64,000 nucleotides of DNA from Nitrospirota bacterium (GCA_963845065.1 CAWJQQ010000002.1:288001-352000); one strand, 5' to 3'. Counted from the first letter of the stretch, positions 45,975 to 56,613 are shown. The notes: generated from the sequence alone by a model not told the origin. Numbers and translations: made by a program.

Positions 45975-46736
45975 ATGAATCCGAAAAGAAAGCCTATATT
46001 GGCAGGCAACTGGAAGATGAACAAGACCACAGCCGAGGCTCGCGACCTTGCCGCAAAGCTAGCGCCCCTTGTGTCCGGTGTAAAGAACCGGGAGATCGTG
46101 TTGGCACCGACCTTCACGTCGCTTCAAACCGTTAGCGAGGCGATCAAAGGGACTAATATGATTCTCGCTGCCCAGAACATGCATTGGGAGGATAGAGGCG
46201 CCTTTACTGGAGAGATTTCCGCTGAAATGCTGTTGGATTTAGGCTGCAAGTATGTTATTATTGGTCACAGTGAGCGTCGGCAATACTTCGGGGAGACCGA
46301 CGAGACTGTAAACAAGAAGGCCAAGCAGGCACTCAAGAAGGGGCTGAGTGTCATCCTGTGCATAGGCGAGACCTTGGCAGAGCGTGAAGTAGGCAAACTG
46401 AACGAGGTGATCAGCCGCCAGGTGACCAGCGGATTGAAAGATATCGGCGCCGAAGACATTAATAAGGTCGTGATCGCGTACGAGCCGGTCTGGGCCATCG
46501 GCACCGGCAAGACGGCGACACCTGAACAGGCAAACGACGTCCACAGCCTTATCCGCCAGAAGGTGAAGGCGCTTTACACCGCCGAAATCGCAGAGGGGCT
46601 TCGCATCCAGTACGGTGGAAGTGTGACCCCCGATAACGTTTCATCACTCATGGCGAAACCGGACATTGATGGCGCGCTAGTGGGCGGCGCTAGTCTGAAG
46701 CCGGATACGTTCGCCACATTGGTGAATTTCAAATAA
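45975..46736 (+). CDS. tpiA: Triosephosphate isomerase
   Basis: AGNWKM, GHSERR, AYEPVWAIGTG. Start re-set to MNPK. Confidence 0.99.
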   Translation: MNPKRKPILAGNWKMNKTTAEARDLAAKLAPLVSGVKNREIVLAPTFTSLQTVSEAIKGTNMILAAQNMHWEDRGAFTGEISAEMLLDLGCKYVIIGHSERRQYFGETDETVNKKAKQALKKGLSVILCIGETLAEREVGKLNEVISRQVTSGLKDIGAEDINKVVIAYEPVWAIGTGKTATPEQANDVHSLIRQKVKALYTAEIAEGLRIQYGGSVTPDNVSSLMAKPDIDGALVGGASLKPDTFATLVNFK

Positions 46737-46844
46737 GGAGCAATCATAAATCGTCAAAACGAAGAATCGGAGAATCGGTGAGGCTTCTTAAGCCTCACCG
46801 CTATACCGGCTACCCATTTCGAAACACTCACGAAGGAGGCAGTA

Positions 46845-47168
46845 ATGCGAATTTTCCTGGTATCGCTTCACGTAATGGTCTCGGCCATCTTAATTGCGAT
46901 GGTTCTATTGCAAAAGGGCAAGGGTGCCGACATCGGCGCTGCATTCGGCGGCGCATCACAAACAGTGTTCGGCCCCCGGGGCGCGCAAAGTTTCCTGGCG
47001 AAGCTTACCACGACTGCAGCTATCATATTCATGTTCACGTCACTCGGTCTCGCGCTGACGACAAGCAACAGGAGTTCGGTCATGGAGAACGTAAAACCGC
47101 AGCAGACTGCACCAGCAGTTCCTCTCGCGCCGCCAGCTCCGATTCCGACACCGCTGCCGGCAAAATAG
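46845..47168 (+). CDS. secG: Preprotein translocase SecG
   Basis: VLLQKGKGADIGAAFGG, located after tpiA. Confidence 0.97.
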   Translation: MRIFLVSLHVMVSAILIAMVLLQKGKGADIGAAFGGASQTVFGPRGAQSFLAKLTTTAAIIFMFTSLGLALTTSNRSSVMENVKPQQTAPAVPLAPPAPIPTPLPAK

Positions 47169-47239
47169 TCGTTCGTAAGTTTATGACCGTTACACATATT
47201 CGAAGGGGGTAGGCATCGCCTACCCTTTTGTTTTTTGCC

Positions 47240-48934
47240 ATGAAAACCAAAACAGCAGAAAAACCGAAAAAATGTTTCACGCCGCAGCCATCTCTAAGGA
47301 TCATAAACGAATCCTTTGGCTTTGTATCAGGAATCCTTCCTTCTCTGCGTCTGTGCTGGTTACCTGCTTTTTTGTTTTTATGCACATCGCTCATTTTCCT
47401 CTTCGCCTGCGGCAAGAAAGTCGAGCGAAACCCGAACACCTTCGTCGAGAGCTCCATCGGCGATGCGAGACGCTTGAATCCGGTCATAGCTAACGACTCC
47501 GCCTCGGCCACTATCAACGACCAAGTCTTTAACGGCCTGGTGAAGTACGACAAGGACATCAAGCTCGTTGGCGATCTGGCTGAACGGTGGGTGGTCACGA
47601 ACAAGGGCAAGACCATCACCTTCTATCTCCGCAAGGGTGTCAAATGGCATGACGGAGTTGAGTTCACTGCCGCAGATTGTTTGTTTACGTATAAAAAATT
47701 CATCGACCCGAAAGTCGCTACGCCGTACAGTAGTTCCTATATGGACGTTAAGAGGGCAGAGGTCGTGAACAAGTATGTCTTCCGCGTGACCTATAAAGAA
47801 CCTTTCTCGCCAGCACTCGAGAGCTGGGCTGCCGGCATAATCCCCGGACATCTGCTCGAAGGAAAAGACATCAACACCGATGCCTTCAACCGGCACCCCA
47901 TCGGCACCGGGCCCTACAAGTTCAAGGAGTGGGTCTCGGGCCAGAAAATCGTACTCGAAGCTAACGACGAATACTTCGAAGGCAGGCCTAAAATCGACCA
48001 GTTCATTTACCGCATTATCCCCGACAGTTCGACGATGTTCGAGGAACTACTTTCCGGCGGCGTCGACATGATGGGCCTGAACCCGCTCCAATACCTGCGA
48101 TTAAGCGAAACCCACCGTATCAAGAAGAACTACGTAAAATTCCGGTATCCTGCGAATGCCTTCACCTATATGGGTTATAACTTGCTCAATCCTTTGTTCG
48201 AGGATGTAAAGGTACGGCAGGCGCTCTCTTATGCAATCGACCGCCAAGGCATTATCGATGGCATCCTGCTCGGGCTCGGAAAGCCGTGCACTGGTCCTTT
48301 TTCATATGTGTCCTGGGCCTACAACCCGAACGCCAAAAGTTATGCGTACGATCCCGATCTGGCTCGCAGCATGCTTGCCCAGGCCGGGTGGCAGATTGGT
48401 AGAGGGGGTGGAATTCTTGAGAAAAACGGCAAGCCATTCCGGTTCACGATCATGACGAACCAGGGTAACACCGAGCGCATCCGCACTGCCGAGATTATCC
48501 AGCAGAACTTGAAGGCCGTGGGCATCGCAGTGAACATCAGGGTGATGGAATGGCAGGCATTTCTAGAGCAGATCGACAAACGGTCCTTTGACGCTATCAT
48601 CCTCGGATGGAGCATGGGCCGCGATCCGGACATCTATGATATCTGGCATTCGAGCAAGACGAAGAAGGGGGAATACAATTTCATTGGCTATAAAAATCCC
48701 GTCGTAGACCGTCTGCTTGTCGAGGGCCGGCGCACCTTCGACTTGGAAAAACGAAAGAAAATCTACTACCAGATTCACGCGATCCTTGCCGAGGAACAGC
48801 CCTATGCGTTCCTCTATGTGCCTGACTCGCTGCCGATCGTGCACAGGCGTTTCAAAGGCATCAAAGTTGAGCCATTAGGTATTTTCTACAACTTCCGGGA
48901 GTGGTACGTGCCGCAAAACAGAATGGACTGGTGA
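47240..48934 (+). CDS. Peptide ABC transporter substrate-binding protein (family 5)
   Basis: LRKGVKWHDG, PIGTGPYK, lipobox-like FACG. Start uncertain. Confidence 0.92.
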   Translation: MKTKTAEKPKKCFTPQPSLRIINESFGFVSGILPSLRLCWLPAFLFLCTSLIFLFACGKKVERNPNTFVESSIGDARRLNPVIANDSASATINDQVFNGLVKYDKDIKLVGDLAERWVVTNKGKTITFYLRKGVKWHDGVEFTAADCLFTYKKFIDPKVATPYSSSYMDVKRAEVVNKYVFRVTYKEPFSPALESWAAGIIPGHLLEGKDINTDAFNRHPIGTGPYKFKEWVSGQKIVLEANDEYFEGRPKIDQFIYRIIPDSSTMFEELLSGGVDMMGLNPLQYLRLSETHRIKKNYVKFRYPANAFTYMGYNLLNPLFEDVKVRQALSYAIDRQGIIDGILLGLGKPCTGPFSYVSWAYNPNAKSYAYDPDLARSMLAQAGWQIGRGGGILEKNGKPFRFTIMTNQGNTERIRTAEIIQQNLKAVGIAVNIRVMEWQAFLEQIDKRSFDAIILGWSMGRDPDIYDIWHSSKTKKGEYNFIGYKNPVVDRLLVEGRRTFDLEKRKKIYYQIHAILAEEQPYAFLYVPDSLPIVHRRFKGIKVEPLGIFYNFREWYVPQNRMDW

Positions 48935-49020
48935 AATAAATTTCGTTCAATATTCAGCGTCTTGGCCCACGATTCTAAATTTTAATTCCGAATCCCGAAC
49001 TTTGAACACTCCGCATAATT

Positions 49021-50004
49021 ATGGCAATCATCAACGTTCACAATCTCACTAAGCAATTCAAGACCCTCACAGCCATTGACGGCATATCGTTCTCAGTTGA
49101 AGAAGGAGAGGTTTTCGGCTTCCTTGGCCCGAACGGAGCGGGAAAGACAACAACCATCAGCATTCTTTGCACGCTGATATCCCCTTCGTCGGGAAAAGCC
49201 GAGATTGCGAACTTCGACTGCGCAAGGAACCCAGATCAGGTACGCATGGCCATCGGCCTTATCTTCCAGGACACCACGCTGGATGTGGGCTTGACCGCCT
49301 ATGAAAACCTGAAGTTCCACGCCTATCTTTATAACCTCGACAGCAAGCTTGCGGAAAAGAGGATAGATGAGATGCTCACGGTCGTCGAGCTCCAGGGCCG
49401 AAAGCACGACCTACTCAAGAACTTTTCCGGCGGTATGAAGCGAAGACTTGAGATCGCCCGTGGACTTCTTCATTATCCCCGTGTGCTTTTTCTCGACGAA
49501 CCTACTCTGGGGCTTGACCCGCAGACCCGAAGCACGATATGGGACTTCATCAACATGCTCAGGGGAAAAGAAAAAATCACTGTATTCATGACGACCCATT
49601 ACATGGAGGAAGCTGAGAACTGCGATCGTATCGCTATCATCGACCATGGCAAGATCATCGCACTGGACACACCGAAGAAGCTCAAACAGATGGTTCACGG
49701 AGATATCATTCGCATCATTACTGAGGACAACCGAAAGGCAGTATCTGAAATTCAAAGTCTTTTCAACATCTCAGCGTGTGAGGCTAATGGAACCCTGGTC
49801 CTGGAAACAGAACGGGGAGACGAGTTTATCCCCAGACTGATCCATTCGCTATCAATCACAACGAAGTCCGTAAGCATCCAGAAACCAACCCTGAATGACG
49901 TGTTTCTTAAACTAACCGGCAGGACAATTAGGGACGACATGCTGCAGGACAACAAGGAAGTAACCCGCGAATTTGTGCGCAGCCACCGGAGGGCGCAGCG
50001 ATGA
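49021..50004 (+). CDS. ABC-2 (DrrA-like) ATP-binding protein
   Basis: GPNGAGKT, FSGGMKRR, LDEPT. Confidence 0.95.
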   Translation: MAIINVHNLTKQFKTLTAIDGISFSVEEGEVFGFLGPNGAGKTTTISILCTLISPSSGKAEIANFDCARNPDQVRMAIGLIFQDTTLDVGLTAYENLKFHAYLYNLDSKLAEKRIDEMLTVVELQGRKHDLLKNFSGGMKRRLEIARGLLHYPRVLFLDEPTLGLDPQTRSTIWDFINMLRGKEKITVFMTTHYMEEAENCDRIAIIDHGKIIALDTPKKLKQMVHGDIIRIITEDNRKAVSEIQSLFNISACEANGTLVLETERGDEFIPRLIHSLSITTKSVSIQKPTLNDVFLKLTGRTIRDDMLQDNKEVTREFVRSHRRAQR

Positions 50005-50768
50005 TCCAGGTTCGCCCGATTTACGTCATCTGCCTTCGGGAGTTCATTAAATTCTTCCGCGAAAAAAGCCGACTACTTGGTACGCTGGCGCGGCCCGTGC
50101 TCTGGCTCTTTGTGGTGGGTAACGGGATGGGCACGCTGATTAAGCCCCGGGCGGGATTCTCATATCTGCAATTCATTTTTCCCGGCATGATCGGCATGAC
50201 CATTTTGTTCTCATCAATCTTTTCGTCCATCTCGATTGTCTGGGACCGGGAATTCGGGTTCATGAAAGAAATGCTCGTGGCGCCAATCTCACGGCTTTCA
50301 ATCGTCATCGGCAAAACCATTTCTGGGACACTTATCTCGGTCGCACAGGCAATCATCATTTTAGTCCTGATTCCCTTCCTGGGTATCCATATAACGGTGA
50401 TACAGTTTTTTGAGGTCGTGGCCGTAGCAGTGCTAGTTTCGTGCTGCATTACCTCGCTGGGGATTCTGATCGCGGCACGGCTCACCTCCTTCGATGGATT
50501 CAACATCATCATGAATTTCCTCGTTATGCCCATGCTATTCCTCTCCGGCGCCATGTATCCCGTCACAGCCATGCCGCCTGCACTCAGGCATCTTACTTTA
50601 ATCAATCCCCTTACTTACGGCATTGATGCGTTCAAGCACGTGCTACTGCGAAACGGCACGCCTCCCCTCGGACCAGAGTTCCCTCTCACCCTCGATCTTT
50701 TTCTCGTCGTGACAATATCCGCGATCATGCTCACGCTTGCAGCATTGTCGTTCAGAAAAAAAGATTGA
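50001..50768 (+). CDS. ABC-2 (DrrB-like) permease
   Basis: DREFGFMKEMLVAP, NPLTYGID. Confidence 0.95.
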   Translation: MIQVRPIYVICLREFIKFFREKSRLLGTLARPVLWLFVVGNGMGTLIKPRAGFSYLQFIFPGMIGMTILFSSIFSSISIVWDREFGFMKEMLVAPISRLSIVIGKTISGTLISVAQAIIILVLIPFLGIHITVIQFFEVVAVAVLVSCCITSLGILIAARLTSFDGFNIIMNFLVMPMLFLSGAMYPVTAMPPALRHLTLINPLTYGIDAFKHVLLRNGTPPLGPEFPLTLDLFLVVTISAIMLTLAALSFRKKD

Positions 50769-50812
50769 CTTCCTCCCTGCCCTGAAGCAACTAGGTTTTA
50801 TGGCGCCGATAG
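50765..50812 (-). repeat. IS200/IS605 LE/RE fusion scar overlapping the permease stop codon
   Basis: Minus strand GCGCCAT-AAAA-CCTAGTTGCTTCAGGGCAGGGAGGAAGTCAA, same layout as 56567-56613. Confidence 0.7.
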
Positions 50813-51031
50813 TAACAACCGTAGAATCAACTACCCCATGGATAGATCCAGAGCATTCCTCGGCGAGAGGTAATGAAAGGTTACGATTTCTGGCCATCAA
50901 CTTTCCCAGATTTGACCCGTGCGGCAAAATATTTTTATAAGGCAATTAAAATGCAAAAATCATTACTTCAAACAATATTCTCCCTAATGGCGCGATACAT
51001 CTTTATCTAACAACATATATTTCGATTCCGG

Positions 51032-53581
51032 TCACCGTTCCACCAGTCTGCGAAAGAACCACTGCTTGATCCTTTCAACAGCAAAGAGATAGAAAATCAC
51101 GATAACGGTAAGGATCAAATAAAATGATAATGGCAGTTCTACGAACCCGAAGTATCTGCCGAACGGCGTGTATGGGATTGCTACGGCCAGCAGTACGACC
51201 GAGAGTGAGCACAAAGTAAGCCAGACGTTAGGACGACTTTTAAATGGATTCCTACGGGTCCGGATAATGAAAATGACGAGTACCTGGGTCGCCATGGACT
51301 CTACGAACCAGCCGGTATGAAAAAGCTTTTCCCCCGCATGAAACAGATGCAGCATGGTGTAAAAGGTCAGAAAGTCAAAAATGGAACTCACAGGCCCTAT
51401 AGCCAGCATGAAGTTGCGGATAAAGTTCATATTCCAATGCCGGGGCTGAGTGAGATACTCTTCATCAACACTGTCGAGCGGGATAGGTATCTCCGAAACA
51501 TCATAAAGGAGATTATTCAAAAGGATCTGTACTGGCAGCATGGGAAGAAAGGGCAGAAAGAGGGTTGCTCCAGCCATGCTGAACATGTTCCCGAAATTGG
51601 AGCTTGTTCCCATCATGATGTATTTCATGATGTTGCCGTAGGTGCGTCGGCCTTCCACGACGCCTTCGTGGAGTACGTTCAGGTCCTGTTCCAGAAGAAT
51701 CATCTCCGCCGCGCTTTTTGCCACGTCCACGGCGCTATCCACTGAGATGCCGATGTCCGCAGAATGAAGCGATGGCGCGTCATTAATACCGTCGCCCATA
51801 TACCCCACTACCCTACCCCGACGCTTTAATGCAAGGATGACCTGATTTTTTTGCGTGGGGTTAACCCGGCAAAAAAGATTCACATTCTCTACGCAGGCCG
51901 CCAGTGCGTAGTCATCCATACCTTGCATCTCCGCACCTGTCAATATTCCGGTTATCGGCACGCCCAGCTTCTCACAGATATGCCTTGTAACCAGTTCATT
52001 GTCTCCAGTTACGACCTTGACTGCTATCCCCGCGTTTGTGAGCTTGACTAAGGCTGCTTGAGCGCTCTCCTTCGGCGGATCGAAAAATGCGGCGAACCCG
52101 GCAAAGACCAGCGCTGTCTCATCATTGACCACGGCATGATGTTCGATTGCCTCTACCTGCTTCCAGGCAACTCCGAGCACGCGGAAACCATCACGCGCGA
52201 ATGTTTCCGAGAGAGTCTGTATCCTGGCCATACTGGCTTCATCTAGTACGTTAAGATCCGTCTTCTCGTTTCCCTCAAAATGGGTAGCGAGACGGAGGAT
52301 GTCCTCTGGAGCACCTTTTACTACGAGGAGCCTTATCTGCCCGTTATCAACGATCACGGAAACCCGACGCCGCTCAAAATCGAAGGGGACCTCATCGATC
52401 TTCTTCCAGGCTGCAACATTGATCTCTTTGTGCTCGAGAATGGCGTCATCCATCGGACTCCGCAGCCCTGATTCAAAGAAACTGTTCAGGTACGCCAGCT
52501 CAAGAACGCGGCTGCTATCCCGGCCAAGACCATCCACATGGCGCTCCAAATGGATACACGCCTCCGTGAGCGTACCGGTTTTGTCAGTACACAGCACATC
52601 CATACTCCCTAGGTTATGGATTGATTCGAGCCGTTTTACAATCACCTTCTTCTTTGCCATACGTAAGGCGCCTCGTGCCAAGGTCACGGAAACTACCATA
52701 GGCAGAAGCTCAGGGGTGAGTCCCACCGCAAGAGCCACGGCAAAGAGAAAGGATTCGAGCCAGGGCCGGTTAAAAACCGCGTTGACCAATACTACAAAAA
52801 GAACGAGCAAGATCGTAAACCTCATGATCAAGAGCCCGAAGCGCTGAGTGCCCTGTTCAAAAGAGGTGGGAGGAGCCTTTGCGGTAAGCGTATCGGAGAT
52901 CTCGCCCAAAGAGGTGTTTGGTCCGGTGCGGCAGATGAGCACCGTGGCAGATCCGCTCACCACGGACGTGCCCATGAACACGGAGTTCACTGCATCGGCC
53001 ATGTCCTGCCCTGCATCAGGCAGATCGCGAGAAAACTTTTCGATTGGATAGGATTCCCCGGTCAAGAGCGCCTGTCTCACAAAGAAATCCTTTGCAGCCA
53101 GCACTCGTCCGTCTCCGGGTATCAAGTCCCCTGCCGCAAGAAGGACTACATCCCCCGGTACTAACGTCGCCGTGGGAACGTCGATGTTCTTCCCGTTGCG
53201 CAATGCCTGAACTAGGATAGCAACCGACTGGCGAAGCTGTTCCGCAGCCTTACCCGCTCGGAACTCCTGGATAAAGTCCAGGGTGACGCTCATGACAACA
53301 ATGGCGCTGATGATCAGGAAGCTGGTCACATCGCCAGTAAAGGCGGATACTGCGCTGGCGATGAGGAGGATGAGGACAAGGGGATTTTTGAATCTGGCGA
53401 GGAACTGGAACACGAGCGCACGTTTCCGCATCGGCCGCAGTACATTGGGGCCGACTTGCTTTAGTCGATCCTCCGCATCACTATTCGAAAGCCCGTCGGC
53501 GGTAGCGTTAAGTTGTTTAAAAAGTTCGAGAACGGATTGCCGCCAGAAAACTATTTTCGTATTGGACGGAGAATCAATCAT
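51032..53581 (-). CDS. mgtA: Mg2+-transporting P-type ATPase
   Basis: TGES, PELLP, DKTGTLT, GDGIND, SSNFGNMFS. Confidence 0.93.
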   Translation of the reverse strand: MIDSPSNTKIVFWRQSVLELFKQLNATADGLSNSDAEDRLKQVGPNVLRPMRKRALVFQFLARFKNPLVLILLIASAVSAFTGDVTSFLIISAIVVMSVTLDFIQEFRAGKAAEQLRQSVAILVQALRNGKNIDVPTATLVPGDVVLLAAGDLIPGDGRVLAAKDFFVRQALLTGESYPIEKFSRDLPDAGQDMADAVNSVFMGTSVVSGSATVLICRTGPNTSLGEISDTLTAKAPPTSFEQGTQRFGLLIMRFTILLVLFVVLVNAVFNRPWLESFLFAVALAVGLTPELLPMVVSVTLARGALRMAKKKVIVKRLESIHNLGSMDVLCTDKTGTLTEACIHLERHVDGLGRDSSRVLELAYLNSFFESGLRSPMDDAILEHKEINVAAWKKIDEVPFDFERRRVSVIVDNGQIRLLVVKGAPEDILRLATHFEGNEKTDLNVLDEASMARIQTLSETFARDGFRVLGVAWKQVEAIEHHAVVNDETALVFAGFAAFFDPPKESAQAALVKLTNAGIAVKVVTGDNELVTRHICEKLGVPITGILTGAEMQGMDDYALAACVENVNLFCRVNPTQKNQVILALKRRGRVVGYMGDGINDAPSLHSADIGISVDSAVDVAKSAAEMILLEQDLNVLHEGVVEGRRTYGNIMKYIMMGTSSNFGNMFSMAGATLFLPFLPMLPVQILLNNLLYDVSEIPIPLDSVDEEYLTQPRHWNMNFIRNFMLAIGPVSSIFDFLTFYTMLHLFHAGEKLFHTGWFVESMATQVLVIFIIRTRRNPFKSRPNVWLTLCSLSVVLLAVAIPYTPFGRYFGFVELPLSFYLILTVIVIFYLFAVERIKQWFFRRLVER

Positions 53582-53733
53582 GATGGTGTTCCTTAAGTAT
53601 GCATGCTTAGGTTGTATAGGGAAAATAACATGAGATAATTACATACTTGTGTTTTTGCAACGAGTAACGAGCACGAAGTTTATCGGCAAGCATAGTAGGG
53701 TTTCGCAATTTTAGATCATTATCCGATTTATGG

Positions 53734-54252
53734 TTATGGTTTAACTTGTTTGGCAAATCTTCCTTGATATTTAGCATGACCGTCACATTTTTCAAATATA
53801 AATTGACAAATCTTGGTACCTGGATACAGTGCCAACGGTCCGTGTCCTAAATTTACTATTTCCAGAACTTGATGGTTAGAGATGCCTGGATGCATAAAAC
53901 CGGCCGTAACATGAACAGCAAGTCCATAGCGTGCGAATCTGCTTCTTCCTTCAAGCCGCCCTGACATGTTATCGGCAAGTGTAATTTTTTCCTTCGTGAT
54001 TCCCAGAATCATCTCTCCCGGTTGAACAACTATATAGCCGCCGTCTTTAATGCGTACATCCTTGGTTATTGCCTGAAATTTAGAATCATTTTTTACGTGA
54101 TAGACCTTTGATTGTTTTTTAAATATCCTGAAATCATTCCCAAGTGTAAGATCGATTGAGCCGGGTCCAATCTGCGCTTTGTCCAGGGGTTCGATAACGA
54201 TCAATTTATTTTTTAAAGCTTTCTCGATTTCTTTACCGATCAATACACTCAT
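53734..54252 (-). CDS. dcd: dCTP deaminase
   Basis: SIDLTLG, GRSRFARYGL, LEIVN, KICQ, KYQG. Confidence 0.9.
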   Translation of the reverse strand: MSVLIGKEIEKALKNKLIVIEPLDKAQIGPGSIDLTLGNDFRIFKKQSKVYHVKNDSKFQAITKDVRIKDGGYIVVQPGEMILGITKEKITLADNMSGRLEGRSRFARYGLAVHVTAGFMHPGISNHQVLEIVNLGHGPLALYPGTKICQFIFEKCDGHAKYQGRFAKQVKP

Positions 54253-54868
54253 CGTACTTTTTTCCTCTCAATGAATACGCTTTATTATCTGGACTTGCTT
54301 CATACTAATACCAAGTATTCTCGGCATGTCTCACGTGAACCTTACACGACCCAACAACCCTTATCGCTTGCATCGACTGGGAAGATAACCGCAAAATCCG
54401 GGATATCCTAGGAAGACCTGCGGTTCCAGCGATATCTCCTGTCTTTCCCTCTTCTGCGTTCAGCGCCCTCGTATTTCGGATCATTTGCCTTTCTCCGATC
54501 ATCGCCTGAGCGTCGGTTATTCTCAGACCTGTTTTCTTTTTTCCCCATAAGCCCTCACTGTCTCCTGTATCGGGCGGAAAGAACCCAAATAGCTTCACCT
54601 TGAGTAAACCACGGTGTCAGCCAATTCACCGTTAATAACGCCCTCATAACTCTATCCGTGCTTAAGCTAGCTACTTTTCAGTAATGATTTATGTACAATT
54701 GCAGAATCATATACTCTGAGTGAAGTGTATCTAAATGGCGGGAGGGAGTCAATTTAAAAACGACCGATACTTGGTTAACATTTTTGGGCGCAAAGTTCGA
54801 AGTCTTATCTTCAAGACCGGACAGGTGCGACGGCAAATCGTGCCCAACTGCTCAGGTACCATTTTTAT

Positions 54869-55134
54869 CTCAATGCGCCGTAAGACCCTGGCCGTGAGGC
54901 CGGGGATATAAGGCGCTGGTTGTGAAGAAAACAAAGAATTGCTATTTTCACGATACATTGACAATTGTTCACCTTCCTGATATAATTACCACCATGACTG
55001 ATCGAGCAAAAGAGCCCGATGTCCAAACAATGACTGTCGTTGGTAAAGCATTGGTAACGGACGACAGCACAGCTCTATCGCTCGGGCTGCTTGGTTTTTC
55101 CGCAACGAAGCTTTGGAACGCCGCTGTGTGGCAA
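54869..55134 (+). pseudogene. IS200/IS605 left end + promoter + truncated tnpB 5' end
   Basis: TTAT|CTCAATGCGCCGT-AAGA-CCCTGGCCGTGAGGCCGGGGATATAAGGCGC. TTGACA-N17-TATAAT at 54958-54986. ATG 54994 gives ..LGFSATKLWNAAVW, TnpB N-terminus-like. Confidence 0.75.
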
Positions 55135-55509
55135 TTGCCCCAGTTATTAAGTTGGTGCGGCAAGCAACGATTAGTATGAAAGGAGCTCTCTAAGGGAGGG
55201 GAATTCTTGCGTTATCCGAACCGCTCCTTTTAAGGGTACGGTGCGCGATAACGATGCACCCCTTGTCGTATGAGCTTCTAAGCTATATATGATGCCGTAG
55301 CGTTTATCAATTCAGCACGCAAGAGAGAAACAAAGCCCTGCAGCCCTGGTCCACTGTCGAGGCTACGGGCAGGTCAAATGCCGAACTATGGATTATATCA
55401 TCCGAGCCGATATGGAAAACCATTTAACAGTTTATCCTAATCGTTAAGTTAGTTAATCCCATTCCCCAGCAGATTCAAGACAATACTTCGGTCAAGGTCC
55501 TTACTCGAT

Positions 55510-56223
55510 TTAGTAAAATGGTTTTTTGAGTGTGAAGAGGAAATAGTGTTCATCCTGGTTCCATACCTGGATCACAGGACCTCTGCGAATCAGTTCACGC
55601 CATATGTCGGTTGATTTTTTTTTGAAAACGGACTGTGCATCAGCAAGAACAACGAGCCAGTCTCCGCGTAAGATTTCCCGGTCGAGTTGCACCGATGACC
55701 ACCCCGCATAGCCGGCATAGATTCGGAATTGGCGCCCCTTCTTGCCAGCACCGACCAAATGTTCTAGGGTATTCTTGCTCGAACTGACATATACGTTACT
55801 GAACACAGAAACAGACTCGGGTGGTTTTTCATCGGACTGAATGAGCATCAACATGCGGTATTCTTCAACGGGGCCTCCATAGTATACGACAGTCTGTTTT
55901 TTCAGACCCGGCACAGAGGGGAGTAATTCGATCAGAGGCACGTTGGTAGGACGATTAATTATGAGCCCTGTAGCGCCCAAGGCATTATAATCAATCAGCA
56001 GGATAACGGACTCCTGGAATCGGGGGTCGATAAGATTTCGCGTGGCAACGAGAAATTTACCCTTAGCAGGACGCACACTGAACGGATCCGGCTCGGTCAA
56101 TGCAGGTGCGTCAGACATTCGGACAGGCAAATCACTAACATATGCCCCTGCATTCACGAAAACCAGAGAAGTTACAAGCGTTGTAGCAATAACGGTTGCA
56201 GCAACGAATAGCGCCTTACGCAT
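55510..56223 (-). CDS. YqgE/AlgH (DUF179) family protein with N-terminal signal/TM
   Basis: DPRFQESVI, GLIINRP, GGPV, GYAGWS..QL..E...GDW. Confidence 0.9.
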   Translation of the reverse strand: MRKALFVAATVIATTLVTSLVFVNAGAYVSDLPVRMSDAPALTEPDPFSVRPAKGKFLVATRNLIDPRFQESVILLIDYNALGATGLIINRPTNVPLIELLPSVPGLKKQTVVYYGGPVEEYRMLMLIQSDEKPPESVSVFSNVYVSSSKNTLEHLVGAGKKGRQFRIYAGYAGWSSVQLDREILRGDWLVVLADAQSVFKKKSTDIWRELIRRGPVIQVWNQDEHYFLFTLKKPFY

Positions 56224-56509
56224 AAATCTGACGGTTAGAAACAGCATTGACGTAATCCTTCACTCAGCCCTAGACCTCTCTTCTTAAACGTAACAAAAGT
56301 TCGACAGCGTGTCAATGCGGAATTGGCGGCAAACGTTTGTTTGTTTCAAATGGTCAATTGCTGTCCACAAGAGAGAAGTTGTGATTATTTGGGGTGGAAG
56401 AAAAATCCAGGGAAGTTATCTTTTGGAATCTGCTGCGATACTGCGTTCGGTAAAGAATTAACAGCACGACTGCCTCATGTAGACTAGAATTGAGGAGTCA
56501 CCGTACCCA

Positions 56510-56552
56510 CAAAAAAAGCCTTTGCCATGTCTCTGGCAAAGGCTTTGCTTTT
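56510..56552. terminator. Terminator after the glutamate synthase operon
   Basis: AAAGCCTTTGCCA-N6-TGGCAAAGGCTTT with an A-run on the left. Confidence 0.8.
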
Positions 56553-56566
56553 ATGAATCGTTTTAT

Positions 56567-56613
56567 CTCAATGCGCCGTAAGACCACGGCCGTGAGGCCG
56601 GGGAGGATGTCAA
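56567..56613 (+). repeat. 47-bp IS200/IS605 LE/RE fusion scar
   Basis: TTAT|CTCAATGCGCCGTAAGACCACGGCCGTGAGGCCGGGGAGGATGTCAA. The 5' part is near-identical to 54869 and the 3' part is a right end. Confidence 0.85.

Noticed and set aside
54305..54598. 97-aa minus-strand ORF
   Set aside because: No recognisable motif or RBS. May be a pseudogene but unsupported.
55180..55440. Possible intron 3' end or REP-like palindromes (GGTGCGCGATAACGATGCACC)
   Set aside because: Too degenerate to assign. No DV/DVI or repeat copy could be confirmed.
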